From an uncultured Sarcina sp. (lineage in GTDB: Bacteria; Bacillota; Clostridia; Lachnospirales; Lachnospiraceae), in the NCBI GenBank assembly GCA_964461705.1, contig CAYXAN010000001.1, positions 1-32,523 of the forward strand: DNA of 32,523 bases. The letters are read 5' to 3'. The position numbers were made by a program, and so were the translations under genes. Under the pieces are notes generated by a model that saw only the letters and a list, made by a program, of their open reading frames with translations, was not told the origin of the DNA and did no database searches. Each line of letters begins with the position of its first letter. Position 1 is the stretch's first letter. This document shows positions 31,593 through 32,523 of this stretch, one piece after another.

Positions 31593-32523
31593 ATGAATGC
31601 AATCAAGGAAGCTGCAAGACAGATGAAGCTTTCCGCTCCGGCGCTGGCGGCGTCCCCCTTGTCGCAAAGAAACGCCGCACTGGAGAAGATGGCGGAGGCA
31701 TTGGAGGCACACAGGCAGGAGATTTATGCGGCCAATCAGGAGGATCTGGCAGAGGCGGAGCGCCGGTCCCTGCCGTCTGCCGTTCAGAAGCGCCTGAAAT
31801 ACGATGAGGGCAAGATGCGGGACAGCATTGCAGGACTGCATCAGCTGGCAGCACTCCCGGATCCTGTGGGACGCTGCCTTCTGGCACGGCAGCTGGATGA
31901 GGGACTGGAGCTTTATCGCGTCAGTGTTCCCATCGGTGTCATCGGCGTCATTTTTGAGGCGAGGCCGGATGCCATGGTACAGGTGGCCTCCCTTTGCATC
32001 AAGAGCGGAAACTGTGCCATCCTCAAGGGTGGAAAGGAAACAGCGAAAACCAACCGGGAGCTGTTTGATCTGATCAAGGAAGCGGTCATCGATGCCGGAC
32101 TGCCGAAGGGGTGCCTTTTTCAGGCACAGGGGCACAGTGAGATTGACGAGCTGCTGGCCTGTGACGAAGAGGTGGATCTGCTGATTCCGAGAGGCTCCAA
32201 CCGCTTTGTCCGTTACATTATGGAGCATACCCGCATCCCGGTGATGGGACACTCCAGCGGTATCTGCCATATTTATATGGATGCGAAGGCAGATCAGGAA
32301 GCGGCGCTTCCTGTCATCGTGGATGCCAAAACGCAGTATCCGGCTGCCTGCAACGCTGCGGAGACACTGCTGATCCACAGAGGAATTGCCGAAGCCTTTC
32401 TTCCTCAGGCAGCAGCGGCATTGGAGAAGGCCGGAGTGCGCCTTCGCGGAACAAAGGAGGCGGCGCAGCTCCTGACAGGAAAGGAAGGTATTTCCGGCAT
32501 CGCGGCAGAGGATGTGATGCAGG
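31593..32523 (+). CDS. proA: Glutamate-5-semialdehyde dehydrogenase (gamma-glutamyl phosphate reductase), runs off window end
   Basis: Hand translation (not in ORF track): MNAIKEAARQMK...PDPVG...VSVPIGVIGVIFEARPD...LCIKSGNCAILKGGKE...LLIPRGS...GICHIY...YPAACNAAETLLIH; RBS ggagg at 31582-31586. Confidence 0.95.
   Translation, partial: MNAIKEAARQMKLSAPALAASPLSQRNAALEKMAEALEAHRQEIYAANQEDLAEAERRSLPSAVQKRLKYDEGKMRDSIAGLHQLAALPDPVGRCLLARQLDEGLELYRVSVPIGVIGVIFEARPDAMVQVASLCIKSGNCAILKGGKETAKTNRELFDLIKEAVIDAGLPKGCLFQAQGHSEIDELLACDEEVDLLIPRGSNRFVRYIMEHTRIPVMGHSSGICHIYMDAKADQEAALPVIVDAKTQYPAACNAAETLLIHRGIAEAFLPQAAAALEKAGVRLRGTKEAAQLLTGKEGISGIAAEDVMQ

Overview
GC-rich chromosomal window that looks Firmicute (Clostridia/Lachnospiraceae-like, inferred from gene content and protein style). 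Gene order: OmpR-family response regulator and histidine kinase, RlmI-like rRNA methyltransferase, DegV, galK, then a ~10 kb Wzy-type surface-polysaccharide cluster (GtrB-like GT2, priming sugar transferase, Wzz-like protein, EpsG polymerase, three more GT2, two GT4; no flippase seen). After that come ilvE, a convergent EamA/DMT transporter, a C-terminal remnant of an AAA/DUF4143-type ATPase, a ~2620-aa cell-wall-anchored protein, an extended feoA-feoA-feoB operon with a palindromic operator, a ProX-type tRNA-editing protein and the 5' part of proA. The most unusual non-coding feature is a near-perfect ~148-bp four-way-junction element (17533-17680). It sits where the terminal loop of a group IIC-intron domain V remnant would be, directly after an intrinsic terminator, and has a partial second copy at 2034-2065. 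A separate 24-bp hairpin repeat also occurs twice. No CRISPR array, tRNA, rRNA, transposase or recognisable defence system was found, and novelty cannot be confirmed without database searches.
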